Virus record (IMG/VR): IMGVR_UViG_3300022932_000004
Span: 1-51,536 of that record
DNA from: a virus
Taxonomy: Duplodnaviria > Caudoviricetes
DNA length: 51,536 bases
Reading direction: 5' to 3' (one strand)
Positions 27,449 to 35,510 of the stretch are shown piece after piece; position 1 is the stretch's first letter, and each line of letters begins with the position of its first letter. Both the position numbers and the translations under genes were made by a program. Below the pieces are notes generated by a model that was given only the letters and a program-made list of their open reading frames with translations, was not told the origin of the DNA and searched no databases.

Positions 27449-28805
27449 GAGTTGTTCCGGTTTCACCATCAAAAGACCTTTTCAACGTCGTTAGTCCGGA
27501 CTCTACAAAATGTTCATTCATGTAGGCTTCGGACTTTTCACCGTAACGGATAGCTGAACGCATTTCGTTGTAAGTCAACACACCTTTTGGTAAAGTGTTG
27601 AGGTATGTCGCTACTTCTGTCATGTTCACTGCCATTTCCGGCAGTTGGGTGTAGTCTAACTCGATGACATCAATGTCGTAGCCCCTAGCTAAGAATATAG
27701 TCAATGCCTCGCCTACTACATCGCATATAGGCGCTACCGCGTCGTAAATCATTTGCTTAACGGCAGTAGACTGGTTGTTGCTGGTAGATGCTACTTGGTT
27801 ATGGTACTGCAATGGCATGTGGTAGGCACGGTAAACATCTTCTTCACTGGCAGACACGAGTTCCAAAAGCTTCAAATCACCAATAGGCAATCCAATATTC
27901 TGCCACGCCAAAGCAATTGATGAAGGAAATACCCTCGATAATTCATCATTGGAACGCCTGGCTTCAATCATCTTATCCTTGAGCTGTTTCTTTTGGTCGG
28001 TAGTAAGATTGTCTTCTTTATCACGAGGGGAAAGCACGCCAAATACACCTCCATTACGAGCTTGCTTACTAGATTGCGTCTTTCCTTCTTTGATTGCCCT
28101 GAGCGACTCCAAATAGGCACGCAAAGGGGCAACACCATACAGGTATTCCATTCGCCTGTCAATCGGCGCAGGCGTACCGGTTTTGACATGCTGAATCTCG
28201 TCAATTTCAAACTTTGTAGATGAAGTATTTTGCATCGTATACCCTCTGATTGGGTCAAGCAAGTCATCCGGATCAGAATTGATCGTCATATTCGGAAAAC
28301 ACCATAGTTCTTTAGCTTTTCTTTTGCCTACAAAGTTGGCATGTATGTAGGTATTGCCGTTCAAAAGATAAGATAATACGACTGTCCACATGAACTGCGA
28401 ACCTGTTTGGTAAGGATTAGCTGCGCCACGAGTCAACATATCGCTTAGTCCTGACACATCCACCTCTTCGACCGCCTGCATTTTTAACAGGTAAGATTGA
28501 ACAGGGTCGGTCTTGAACAAATGTTTGGACTGTTGCAACTTTTTACGATCCTTAATCTTGTAAAATACGAAAGGGCAATTCAATACTTTCTTACAAATTG
28601 CATCAGTCACTTCATAAACAGCGCCAATGGTTTTGAATGTTTGGTAGTAATCTCCAGCATCCGGATTAATCGTTGGCAACGAATCGTTAAGGCTCACGTT
28701 CAAGGAAGTGATTGCACTGGCAAAGGTAGTAGACTGCTTCTCTGCAATGACTTGGTTTACACGCTTGCTGATTGCGCCGTTAAAGATTGACCCGATTATA
28801 TCCAT
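27438..28805 (-). CDS. Portal protein (HK97 type)
   Basis: 455 aa; NPYQTGSQF...YLLNGNTY, YGVAPL and GVLTYNEMR motifs. Confidence 0.93.
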   Translation of the reverse strand: MDIIGSIFNGAISKRVNQVIAEKQSTTFASAITSLNVSLNDSLPTINPDAGDYYQTFKTIGAVYEVTDAICKKVLNCPFVFYKIKDRKKLQQSKHLFKTDPVQSYLLKMQAVEEVDVSGLSDMLTRGAANPYQTGSQFMWTVVLSYLLNGNTYIHANFVGKRKAKELWCFPNMTINSDPDDLLDPIRGYTMQNTSSTKFEIDEIQHVKTGTPAPIDRRMEYLYGVAPLRAYLESLRAIKEGKTQSSKQARNGGVFGVLSPRDKEDNLTTDQKKQLKDKMIEARRSNDELSRVFPSSIALAWQNIGLPIGDLKLLELVSASEEDVYRAYHMPLQYHNQVASTSNNQSTAVKQMIYDAVAPICDVVGEALTIFLARGYDIDVIELDYTQLPEMAVNMTEVATYLNTLPKGVLTYNEMRSAIRYGEKSEAYMNEHFVESGLTTLKRSFDGETGTTPIA

Positions 28806-28915
28806 ATTTCAAAGGTAAAGATTTTGTTACATAAAGTATAAAACAAAATATTGGCTCAAAAACCAATAGATATTATCTATATTTGTAGCGCTACGTTATC
28901 AAAAATATCAATACT

Positions 28916-28948
28916 ACACCTCTGCAATCCCGTTGTAGAGGTGTTTTT
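28916..28948 (+). terminator. Rho-independent terminator ending a short promoter-proximal transcript
   Basis: ACACCTCTGCAA-loop-TTGTAGAGGTGT plus T-run, about 30 nt after TATATTTG at 28878-28885. Confidence 0.7.
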
Positions 28949-28966
28949 ATATACTTATATTTGTAT

Positions 28967-29332
28967 TATCTGATGTATGGCAGCTTGTTCAGATAGGATG
29001 ACGTAGCAGAAATCTACACAAAAACAACAGTCGACAAAAACTTTCCGCTTAAAAGAGGTAGCAATGACTTCACGGTGTCAACTATCGACCTGCAAGTTTA
29101 TAACTAGCGGACTTGCCTATGCACTATGATTACGGGTTTAATCAAAAAGGGATATAGGGTTATTTTGGGGCATGGATACTGAATGCTATTTATATTAAAG
29201 TATCAAATCTTTACAGGAGGCTTTACTACTCTTGCAGGGATATAGACCGTGTTGTGTCCAATAAAAAAAGCCCTAACATTTCTGATAGGACTCTTTAGAT
29301 TTAACGCATCACCGCGGTCGTCCTTCATACAT
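28967..29332 (+). ncRNA. Candidate large structured non-coding RNA
   Basis: Follows TATATTTG at 28956-28963; no ORF of 60 aa or more; many hairpins and complementary ends (28973-28979/29326-29332; 28996-29002/29317-29323). Confidence 0.5.
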
Positions 29333-29337
29333 ACCAT

Positions 29338-29601
29338 TTAAACCTCGTCATCGGACAAAGCAAGAATTACATATCCATTTTCGAGCCCATAATTTCCACC
29401 CTCAAGTATATAAGATATGTATTTATGAACATGGTTCTTATTCTCTCTTTTATTTATATCGTCAACCTGCTCGTCTCCTTCAAACAAGTCTAACCTATCA
29501 CCAACCTTGAAATTTCTATCATTCTCACGCAATTCAAAGGTTTTTATGCCTTTTACAACTTCATCAAAATAAGGTTGTATTGTTTTTAATTTGTGTATCA
29601 T
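29338..29601 (-). CDS. DUF3850 / ASCH-domain protein
   Basis: HKLKTIQPYFDEVVKGIKTFELRENDRNFKVGDRL...YGLENGYVIL signature. Confidence 0.85.
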   Translation of the reverse strand: MIHKLKTIQPYFDEVVKGIKTFELRENDRNFKVGDRLDLFEGDEQVDDINKRENKNHVHKYISYILEGGNYGLENGYVILALSDDEV

Positions 29602-29910
29602 TTATTTTTCCTCCAATTTTTTATTAATCAATTCTAACCTATTTGCTAGCGTTACGTCTGCGCTATTGCCCTGATCTAACGCTTTCACAGCGAAATACAA
29701 CCCCTGCTTCAAGTCTTCACTTTCTTGCTCGCTGAAAGGCAAAGGGCAATCAGCCTCAATCCACAGGTTAAACCTATGATTTATTTCTTTCGGGAACCGC
29801 TCTTGCAATGACGCCCATTTGCTAACTCTGCACCTCAGCGAGGGTTTGAAAGTTGTTTCTTTTTTAGGTCTACCCCTTTTTAAGTTCACTGATTTCGTGT
29901 TTAAGTTCAA
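29602..29910 (-). CDS. Hypothetical protein with AT-hook-like RGRP motif (possible regulator)
   Basis: 102 aa, KRGRPKKE; start codon uncertain. Confidence 0.45.
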   Translation of the reverse strand: MNLNTKSVNLKRGRPKKETTFKPSLRCRVSKWASLQERFPKEINHRFNLWIEADCPLPFSEQESEDLKQGLYFAVKALDQGNSADVTLANRLELINKKLEEK

Positions 29911-30222
29911 TTAATTTGGCTTGCTTCATTAATTCCCAAAGGATAAGACGAAGTTCTCCGTGATGATTGCCTTTTAAATCTCTGATCTCGTCATTGATTA
30001 GGTCGGATGGTTGTTTGAAATAGTTAGTCATATTTAATGTTTAAAACGTGGAGGGTTAGCGATTGGACCGAAAGGAGTTCCTGTGCGGAACAATGATAGA
30101 ATAGATTTGAGTAATTTTTTCATGCTACTAAACTGATTAATATTTGAAATGGAAGCCAAATGAACCAAGCCAGGAAAAGCGTTCTCCTGTAAAGCTTGTT
30201 GACGTTCACGTGTCTTTGTTGG

Positions 30223-30513
30223 TTAGAATAAAAGGTTTTCGATTTTTGCTGAGCGGTAGCCATTAGCTTCAACGTCAAAGTAAATGAACACTGAGTAATT
30301 AGGATACTTAACCCCTGTTGATGCAGGGACGTCATTCAATGTGCCGATTGCTTTGCGGATTGAACCGTCAACCTTTTTGAAGGCAAAGGATACAACACCA
30401 GCTTTTAGCTTAGCACGAAGACGAATCGTTTTCCATGCCATTTTTAAAGCCTCAGAGAATGAGGCGTAGTTTGCTTTGATTGCGTGTGCGATTTTAAACA
30501 GTCTGCTTTTCAT
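30223..30513 (-). CDS. WYL_2/SH3-like beta-barrel protein
   Basis: FSEALKMAW...GVVSFAFKKVDGSIRKAIGTL...YFDVEANGYRS, characteristic of this Bacteroidetes phage family; start revised to MKSRLF. Confidence 0.75.
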   Translation of the reverse strand: MKSRLFKIAHAIKANYASFSEALKMAWKTIRLRAKLKAGVVSFAFKKVDGSIRKAIGTLNDVPASTGVKYPNYSVFIYFDVEANGYRSAKIENLLF

Positions 30514-30514
30514 A

Positions 30515-30646
30515 TTAATTAGATTTAGCATTACGTAAAACCATCGCGTTAAATTTGATTGTCACCACGTTTAATGATGGAGAGATCTTCAACATAGAAG
30601 CTTTCATGTTGATGTTTTTGTGCAGTTGCAATTGTTGAGTTGTCAT
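30515..30646 (-). CDS. 43-aa peptide, paralog A
   Basis: MTTQQLQLHKNINMKASMLKISPSLNVVTIKFNAMVLRNAKSN; first ORF after a TACCTTTACATCATC promoter motif. Confidence 0.6.
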   Translation of the reverse strand: MTTQQLQLHKNINMKASMLKISPSLNVVTIKFNAMVLRNAKSN

Positions 30647-30754
30647 AATCCAAAACCGGTTTGTTTGTTCCGATGATGTAAAGGTAATCATATTTATTGC
30701 ACCCACAAGTATTATTGTGATTTATTTTTGAATGTATACTATTTTGTTACAAAA

Positions 30755-32005
30755 CTACCATCCGAAGTCTAAATCTTTAACTATCGCAAACCCCAATTCA
30801 AACCCGCCCCAAACCAAAGCGTCAATTCTATTTGGCGATTTATCCCCTGTTTTAGCTTCCCAATTTGTCATCTCGTATTCCAGCATTGTTAATGTTCCGA
30901 CGTGGTGAACTTTGTTTTGTTCGTACATTGCTGCTATAGGCTCGGCACGAGTGTACTTATCTCTAGTGGCGTGAACACCTCTGTAGGGTATATTTGCATC
31001 TACAGTACGTAATAACGCCTCTATTAAATCCCCGCCATTGTTTACTTCTCCAATAACTCGATCAGCCTTCCACTTGTGATATAGGAAAACAGCTTTTTCG
31101 CACCATTTTTGAGGCGTATATATGCCAGTTGCATCTTCAAGAACGTACATATGTCCTTCTGCATCTGCTCCGGACACGATCAGACCTGTTTCATCAGAAG
31201 TGTCTTTGCTAGTAACCGCCGGGTCAATTGAGACAATGATTCGAACTAATTCAGGGCACTCATACACCCTATTTGAATCGATTACATGTGAAGTCCATAG
31301 GGCTTGGTCGCTATCTCCGTCTGACCACTCTCCCTCGACGATATGTAAATACTTTTTAAGGTTTTTTATTTTCAGAGAACGCACCTGATCGATAAAGGAT
31401 TCGTCAAGGTTTTTTATATTATCCTCATACGTGGTATGTATGTAGGTTACGTTGCCAGATACCCCGGCAAACTTTCCGCTTAACTTTTCTGATTCAAAAA
31501 ATCTTTTATAAATCCAGTGAGAGGTTTTAGATGGGTTCATTACTAGTATGACTCGGTTTTGAGTGCCCTTTTGACGAACAGACAAATCAATCCGGTCAAA
31601 TGCGTCTTCGTCCATAACCTCTTCCGCTTCATCGATCACAAGCGTATTTATGCCCTGCAATGACTTTAGATTTGCAGTATTGCTTTTGCTCCCCGACTGA
31701 ATGCCGCGAAATAGTATTGCGCTATTTGTAGACAAGCAAAGGATTTCAGTTTTTGTTACATGAAATAACGAAGAAAGTCCAAGCATTTCAATTTTTTCTT
31801 GAAACTCTGGAATGATCGATATATATGCAGAAGTAAGCGTTTGACGCAAAAAAAGAATCCTTTGGTTAGGTTCCAGCATCAACAAACATAGAATAGTGTT
31901 GACTGTAAAAGACTTTCCGGAGCCCCTACCGCCTGTTACCAAGAAATAACGGGTATTGTTTTTAAGTAATGGTTTATACTTGTGGTTTATGATTAACTTC
32001 CGCAT
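30755..32005 (-). CDS. terL: Terminase large subunit (PBSX-type ATPase + RNase H-like nuclease)
   Basis: GGRGSGKS Walker A, LVIDEAEE Walker B, MNP motif, IDPA and NRIDAL nuclease residues. Confidence 0.95.
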   Translation of the reverse strand: MRKLIINHKYKPLLKNNTRYFLVTGGRGSGKSFTVNTILCLLMLEPNQRILFLRQTLTSAYISIIPEFQEKIEMLGLSSLFHVTKTEILCLSTNSAILFRGIQSGSKSNTANLKSLQGINTLVIDEAEEVMDEDAFDRIDLSVRQKGTQNRVILVMNPSKTSHWIYKRFFESEKLSGKFAGVSGNVTYIHTTYEDNIKNLDESFIDQVRSLKIKNLKKYLHIVEGEWSDGDSDQALWTSHVIDSNRVYECPELVRIIVSIDPAVTSKDTSDETGLIVSGADAEGHMYVLEDATGIYTPQKWCEKAVFLYHKWKADRVIGEVNNGGDLIEALLRTVDANIPYRGVHATRDKYTRAEPIAAMYEQNKVHHVGTLTMLEYEMTNWEAKTGDKSPNRIDALVWGGFELGFAIVKDLDFGW

Positions 32006-32448
32006 TCTTCATCGTCGTCAAATTGGACAAGGTCTTTAATGCGAAGATTGCTTACGCTTACTCTGCTGTCTATTTCTTGTTTATCAGCCCAGCCGAGATT
32101 TTTTAAAGCGAATATTTGTGCTGTTGGAACTTTCGACCAATTCAACGCTTTTTCATATTCGTGCTCTATTCTTAATCTAGCTTTTTTAATAGCGTAAGAA
32201 AACCCTTCTCTCTTTCCGTAGTCATGGAAGCTTTGACGAGACTCAAAACCAAGATAAAGACATAATCCGGTTATAGTAGGGAACTCTGCATCACGACTAT
32301 ATTTCTTAAAGTCTATTTCTTGACCTTCTACGGTTTTACATTGCCAATCAAATTCGCCCTTAATCCACTCAAAGTATGCGTCAACCCTTTCTTCGAGCTC
32401 TTCGACTGAATTGAAGTAAGGAGGTCTTCCGCCTATATTGTCATCCAT
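31993..32448 (-). CDS. terS: Terminase small subunit (P22 gp3-like)
   Basis: GGRPPYF...PTITGLCLYLGF...IFALKNLGWADKQE; directly upstream of terL. Confidence 0.88.
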   Translation of the reverse strand: MDDNIGGRPPYFNSVEELEERVDAYFEWIKGEFDWQCKTVEGQEIDFKKYSRDAEFPTITGLCLYLGFESRQSFHDYGKREGFSYAIKKARLRIEHEYEKALNWSKVPTAQIFALKNLGWADKQEIDSRVSVSNLRIKDLVQFDDDEECGS

Positions 32449-32630
32449 ACTCAAATATAAGCATTTTACTTTTTAAAACGTTCGCTAAAGAAAGTGCCTT
32501 TTATTGAGTCATGGCAATCTGTGTCCCAACTAAACCAAGCTGAAACCCAGCATCCTTCTATGCGTTCGATTTGATTTGCATACTGCCTAACCAAGTGCGG
32601 TTTTGTTTTTTCGTGTCTAGGATTCATAGC

Positions 32631-32885
32631 TCAACCAACTATTTTAAATTGAACCGACATCGTCCCGTCTTTTTCATACGTAGCAATCGCATCATATAAT
32701 GGGACGCTATCACCTTCATGAAGCTCCTTAAACATAGGAGACAGGCAATAGTAACTTACAAAAGAATTCATCGGGTTATCCTCAATGTATCTTGGGATTA
32801 GAAGCGAGAATAAGCTAAGCACTTCCTTCATTTCTCCGTTTAACATTCTTCTATCTATGTTTATTTTACCTTTTCTATTTTTCAT
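32631..32885 (-). CDS. Hypothetical protein
   Basis: 84 aa ATG ORF with A-rich leader. Confidence 0.6.
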   Translation of the reverse strand: MKNRKGKINIDRRMLNGEMKEVLSLFSLLIPRYIEDNPMNSFVSYYCLSPMFKELHEGDSVPLYDAIATYEKDGTMSVQFKIVG

Positions 32886-33003
32886 GTTGAAGTTTTTTGT
32901 TTAAGAAAAGACAGAGAACTTGCTATCCCTAGCGTTGATATAAAGAACGATGTTAAATTTATACCTTATCAAATACCAAATCAATCAACTGTCCTCTGTT
33001 TTT

Positions 33004-33153
33004 TTAGTTTGCGGAAATGGTTCTGTGTAAGAAGTAAATAGACCAAACTGTTTCTAATCCTTCGTATCCCGACACTAACGTCATCATTTCGAAGTCAACT
33101 ATACCGTCTACTGCTTTCTTAAAGTTCAAATTAAAAAGCTCAATTCTTACCAT
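33004..33153 (-). CDS. Small hypothetical protein (49 aa, absent from ORF track)
   Basis: MVRIELFNLNFKKAVDGIVDFEMMTLVSGYEGLETVWSIYFLHRTISAN with A-rich leader. Confidence 0.4.
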   Translation of the reverse strand: MVRIELFNLNFKKAVDGIVDFEMMTLVSGYEGLETVWSIYFLHRTISAN

Positions 33154-33183
33154 TTTCTAATTTTAAATTGGGGGTGTTTTGCT

Positions 33184-33271
33184 GCTAAATTTTAATTTCA
33201 AAATACACACCGCTGTCCGTTTTTTTTTTATTAAGACACTCAAACAGCATTGTGTCAGCTACGAATTTAGC
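33184..33271 (-). ncRNA. Candidate H-type pseudoknot element
   Basis: Minus strand: GACAC/GTGTC stem whose loop GCTGTTT can pair with GGACAGC after an A10 linker, all enclosed by GCTAAATT/AATTTAGC. Confidence 0.45.
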
Positions 33272-33370
33272 ACGCTAGACTTTTAGAATCTTACTCGTCA
33301 TCGCTCATGATTAAGGCTCATGTATATTTCTACTTTAAAAAATTCAAACACCCCTCTCCGGGTTTGCATG

Positions 33371-33567
33371 TGGGTATCTACGGAGTCGAACCGTAGTGAG
33401 TTATTACAATGTTAGTCAGCACCTTCAAAAGGGATATGCCTTAATATTTTCATTGTTATTACTGGACTGCCTCAACTTACCTGTTATTTACCTGACTTGT
33501 CTTACAGTTGAACTCCTTCGCAATCCACTCTATCGGCCCGTTAGGGCTTCCATGCCCAAAAATACCC
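33371..33567 (-). ncRNA. tRNA-like RNA (197 nt) with two long internal hairpins in place of anticodon and variable arms
   Basis: Acceptor GGGTATT/GATACCC plus A; D-like arm GGGC-ATGGAA-GCCC; canonical T arm TACGG-TTCGACT-CCGTA; no canonical anticodon arm. Confidence 0.7.
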
Positions 33568-33847
33568 ATATTTCTTATTTAAATGAACAATAGAAAGGGG
33601 GCTTATAAAAATGTTCGTCTCCTACTTATCAACAAAGCCCCCGTATCTATATTAACGCTCTCGTACCACAAAGCCCGAATCGGTAGCGAACCAATGTCGG
33701 GGCGTTGTAGTTCTAAATTATGTTTCTGTTTTTTCAATACAATGATACGAAATATGCCGATAGTAAAATGCAACAATGTAGTTACAATTAATATATAAAT
33801 CCCGTTCCAAATCTTTTAATTGATTTCCTATTCACCTGCTTATAATA

Positions 33848-34060
33848 CTATTTTCTTCCCTCCTTAACATAATCATAGAAAATCATATTATCTATACTCT
33901 CAGCATACAAACCACCATTTTCATCTATTTTAAGGATGCCTTTAGCTAATTTTTTATAAGTGTACTTGTCCATTTCCCTGCTTTTATATCTTGTGGAAAC
34001 TTTTTCGTAGTCAAATTCAATTTCTATCTCGTCGCCTATTTTTAGATTATTAATTCTCAA
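33848..34060 (-). CDS. Hypothetical protein
   Basis: 70 aa ORF; start uncertain. Confidence 0.45.
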   Translation of the reverse strand: MRINNLKIGDEIEIEFDYEKVSTRYKSREMDKYTYKKLAKGILKIDENGGLYAESIDNMIFYDYVKEGRK

Positions 34061-34127
34061 AATTTCATTTCCATAATTTACTAGGAATTCAGTTTGGAGT
34101 TTTTTAGTGTCCGGAGTGTTATTTGGC

Positions 34128-34322
34128 TCATGGCTTCACTCCGTTAATCTTGTCTAAATATTCAACTGTTTTATCAATGGCTTCAAAAGGGGTAAGCCCA
34201 CCAAAATCTATCAAATCAACATCATCTTTTTCGATGTAAACGTTCGTATTTTCGTCGCCCCAAAATTGAATTGATATTTGGTACTTGTTTGCGTATTGCA
34301 ATAGCTTATCTAGGTTTCTCAT
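34128..34322 (-). CDS. Hypothetical protein
   Basis: 64 aa ORF in a run of small coupled genes. Confidence 0.6.
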   Translation of the reverse strand: MRNLDKLLQYANKYQISIQFWGDENTNVYIEKDDVDLIDFGGLTPFEAIDKTVEYLDKINGVKP

Positions 34323-34542
34323 CGCTTTGATACGGGTTTAATAATTTCCTAATTTTCTCGTCACCTACTATTTGAACCCACTTACCTGATTCATTCAACT
34401 CGTAAAGCTCTGCCGTAGCATACCTGTTGTATCGCCTCCAAACATCATTACCGTATAACCTTAGCTTTTCTAAGCCGACATATTCACGTTGATTATAAAC
34501 ACTATTACCCCCACTTCTTGCTTTTATCCTAAATGCTCTCAT
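34306..34542 (-). CDS. Hypothetical protein
   Basis: 78 aa ORF; ATGA overlap with the upstream gene. Confidence 0.6.
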   Translation of the reverse strand: MRAFRIKARSGGNSVYNQREYVGLEKLRLYGNDVWRRYNRYATAELYELNESGKWVQIVGDEKIRKLLNPYQSDEKPR

Positions 34543-34790
34543 GGCAATTCAATTTCAACATCCAATATAGAATCTTTGTCAACTACGGCAACGGTTGATA
34601 TATGTCTAACTGTCGCTCGCCTTGCACACTTCTTTCGTGTTTCTGTGGCGACCAACAAAGCATACTTTTTCATCGCACGAACAACAGTAGGAGTTACGTC
34701 GGTGTTTAAACTACCCATAAGTTCCGACCATTCCTCTCCGTAAAACTCTGATCTCAAGATTGATTCGGCTGAATTTTTTAATCCTTCCAT
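34539..34790 (-). CDS. Hypothetical protein
   Basis: 83 aa ORF ending VDKDSILDVEIELP. Confidence 0.6.
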   Translation of the reverse strand: MEGLKNSAESILRSEFYGEEWSELMGSLNTDVTPTVVRAMKKYALLVATETRKKCARRATVRHISTVAVVDKDSILDVEIELP

Positions 34791-34944
34791 CCGAACTGAA
34801 TTTTAAAGTGTTCAACAATTTGTTTAGCCTGAGATTCGTTTATGAAAATATCTTTACTTTCAATAATGTCGGCGTCAAATACTTCGATTTGTATTTCAAA
34901 ATCATCATCAATATTTGAAAGCCGTAATTGTTCGCTTCTAAGTG

Positions 34945-35178
34945 TTAGCATTTCGGTGAGGTTATTTTGGTTAGCACTAGTTTAAGATCGAGGGCAGAGC
35001 GTTTAAGTGCGCCTGACTGATTGCAGTTTAAACATTCATAAGATTGATGAACAGATCGTCCTTTTATGACATCGTAAGTGCTATAAGTTGCTGATTCAGC
35101 GAAAACAATCGCGTCTTCAAGCCTTTTAACGAACCTTTCGTTCTCGGCTTTAATTTCTAAGAGTGTTTCTAGTTTCAT
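34945..35178 (-). CDS. Hypothetical protein
   Basis: 77 aa ORF. Confidence 0.6.
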   Translation of the reverse strand: MKLETLLEIKAENERFVKRLEDAIVFAESATYSTYDVIKGRSVHQSYECLNCNQSGALKRSALDLKLVLTKITSPKC

Positions 35179-35182
35179 AAGT

Positions 35183-35452
35183 TTATTTTTTTAGTATTTC
35201 AAGTTTACCAACTTTCATGTTTTTAGAATCGTATGGCTGGTAATAACCAAATAAAATTCCTTTGTCTGTTCCGAACTGTATAAATTCTTCTATTCTTGCT
35301 TGAACTTGCAATCTTGACCAAATTAAGTAGTTCCCCCCATACCCGCCATATCCAGTACAAGGCTTTGTCCCAAAAAAATTATAATCTCCAAATTCTTCTA
35401 TCAACTCAAATATTGATTTCTTAGTAGGTAATCCTTTTATGTATTTTATCAT
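35183..35452 (-). CDS. Hypothetical protein
   Basis: 89 aa ORF. Confidence 0.55.
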   Translation of the reverse strand: MIKYIKGLPTKKSIFELIEEFGDYNFFGTKPCTGYGGYGGNYLIWSRLQVQARIEEFIQFGTDKGILFGYYQPYDSKNMKVGKLEILKK

Positions 35453-35510
35453 TATGATTTAAATCTACGTTTTACTTTTCGTTGTTAATGCTTTGCAACC
35501 AATTTGTTAC

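Noticed and set aside
33371-33567. Canonical tRNA, intron-containing tRNA or tmRNA
   Set aside because: No anticodon stem can be rebuilt from the flanks of the insert, there is no G3-U70 pair, and it is far shorter than tmRNA; kept as a tRNA-like RNA.
33396-33798. Plus-strand ORFs of 65 and 71 aa
   Set aside because: They lie antisense to strongly structured RNA elements and have no protein-like features.
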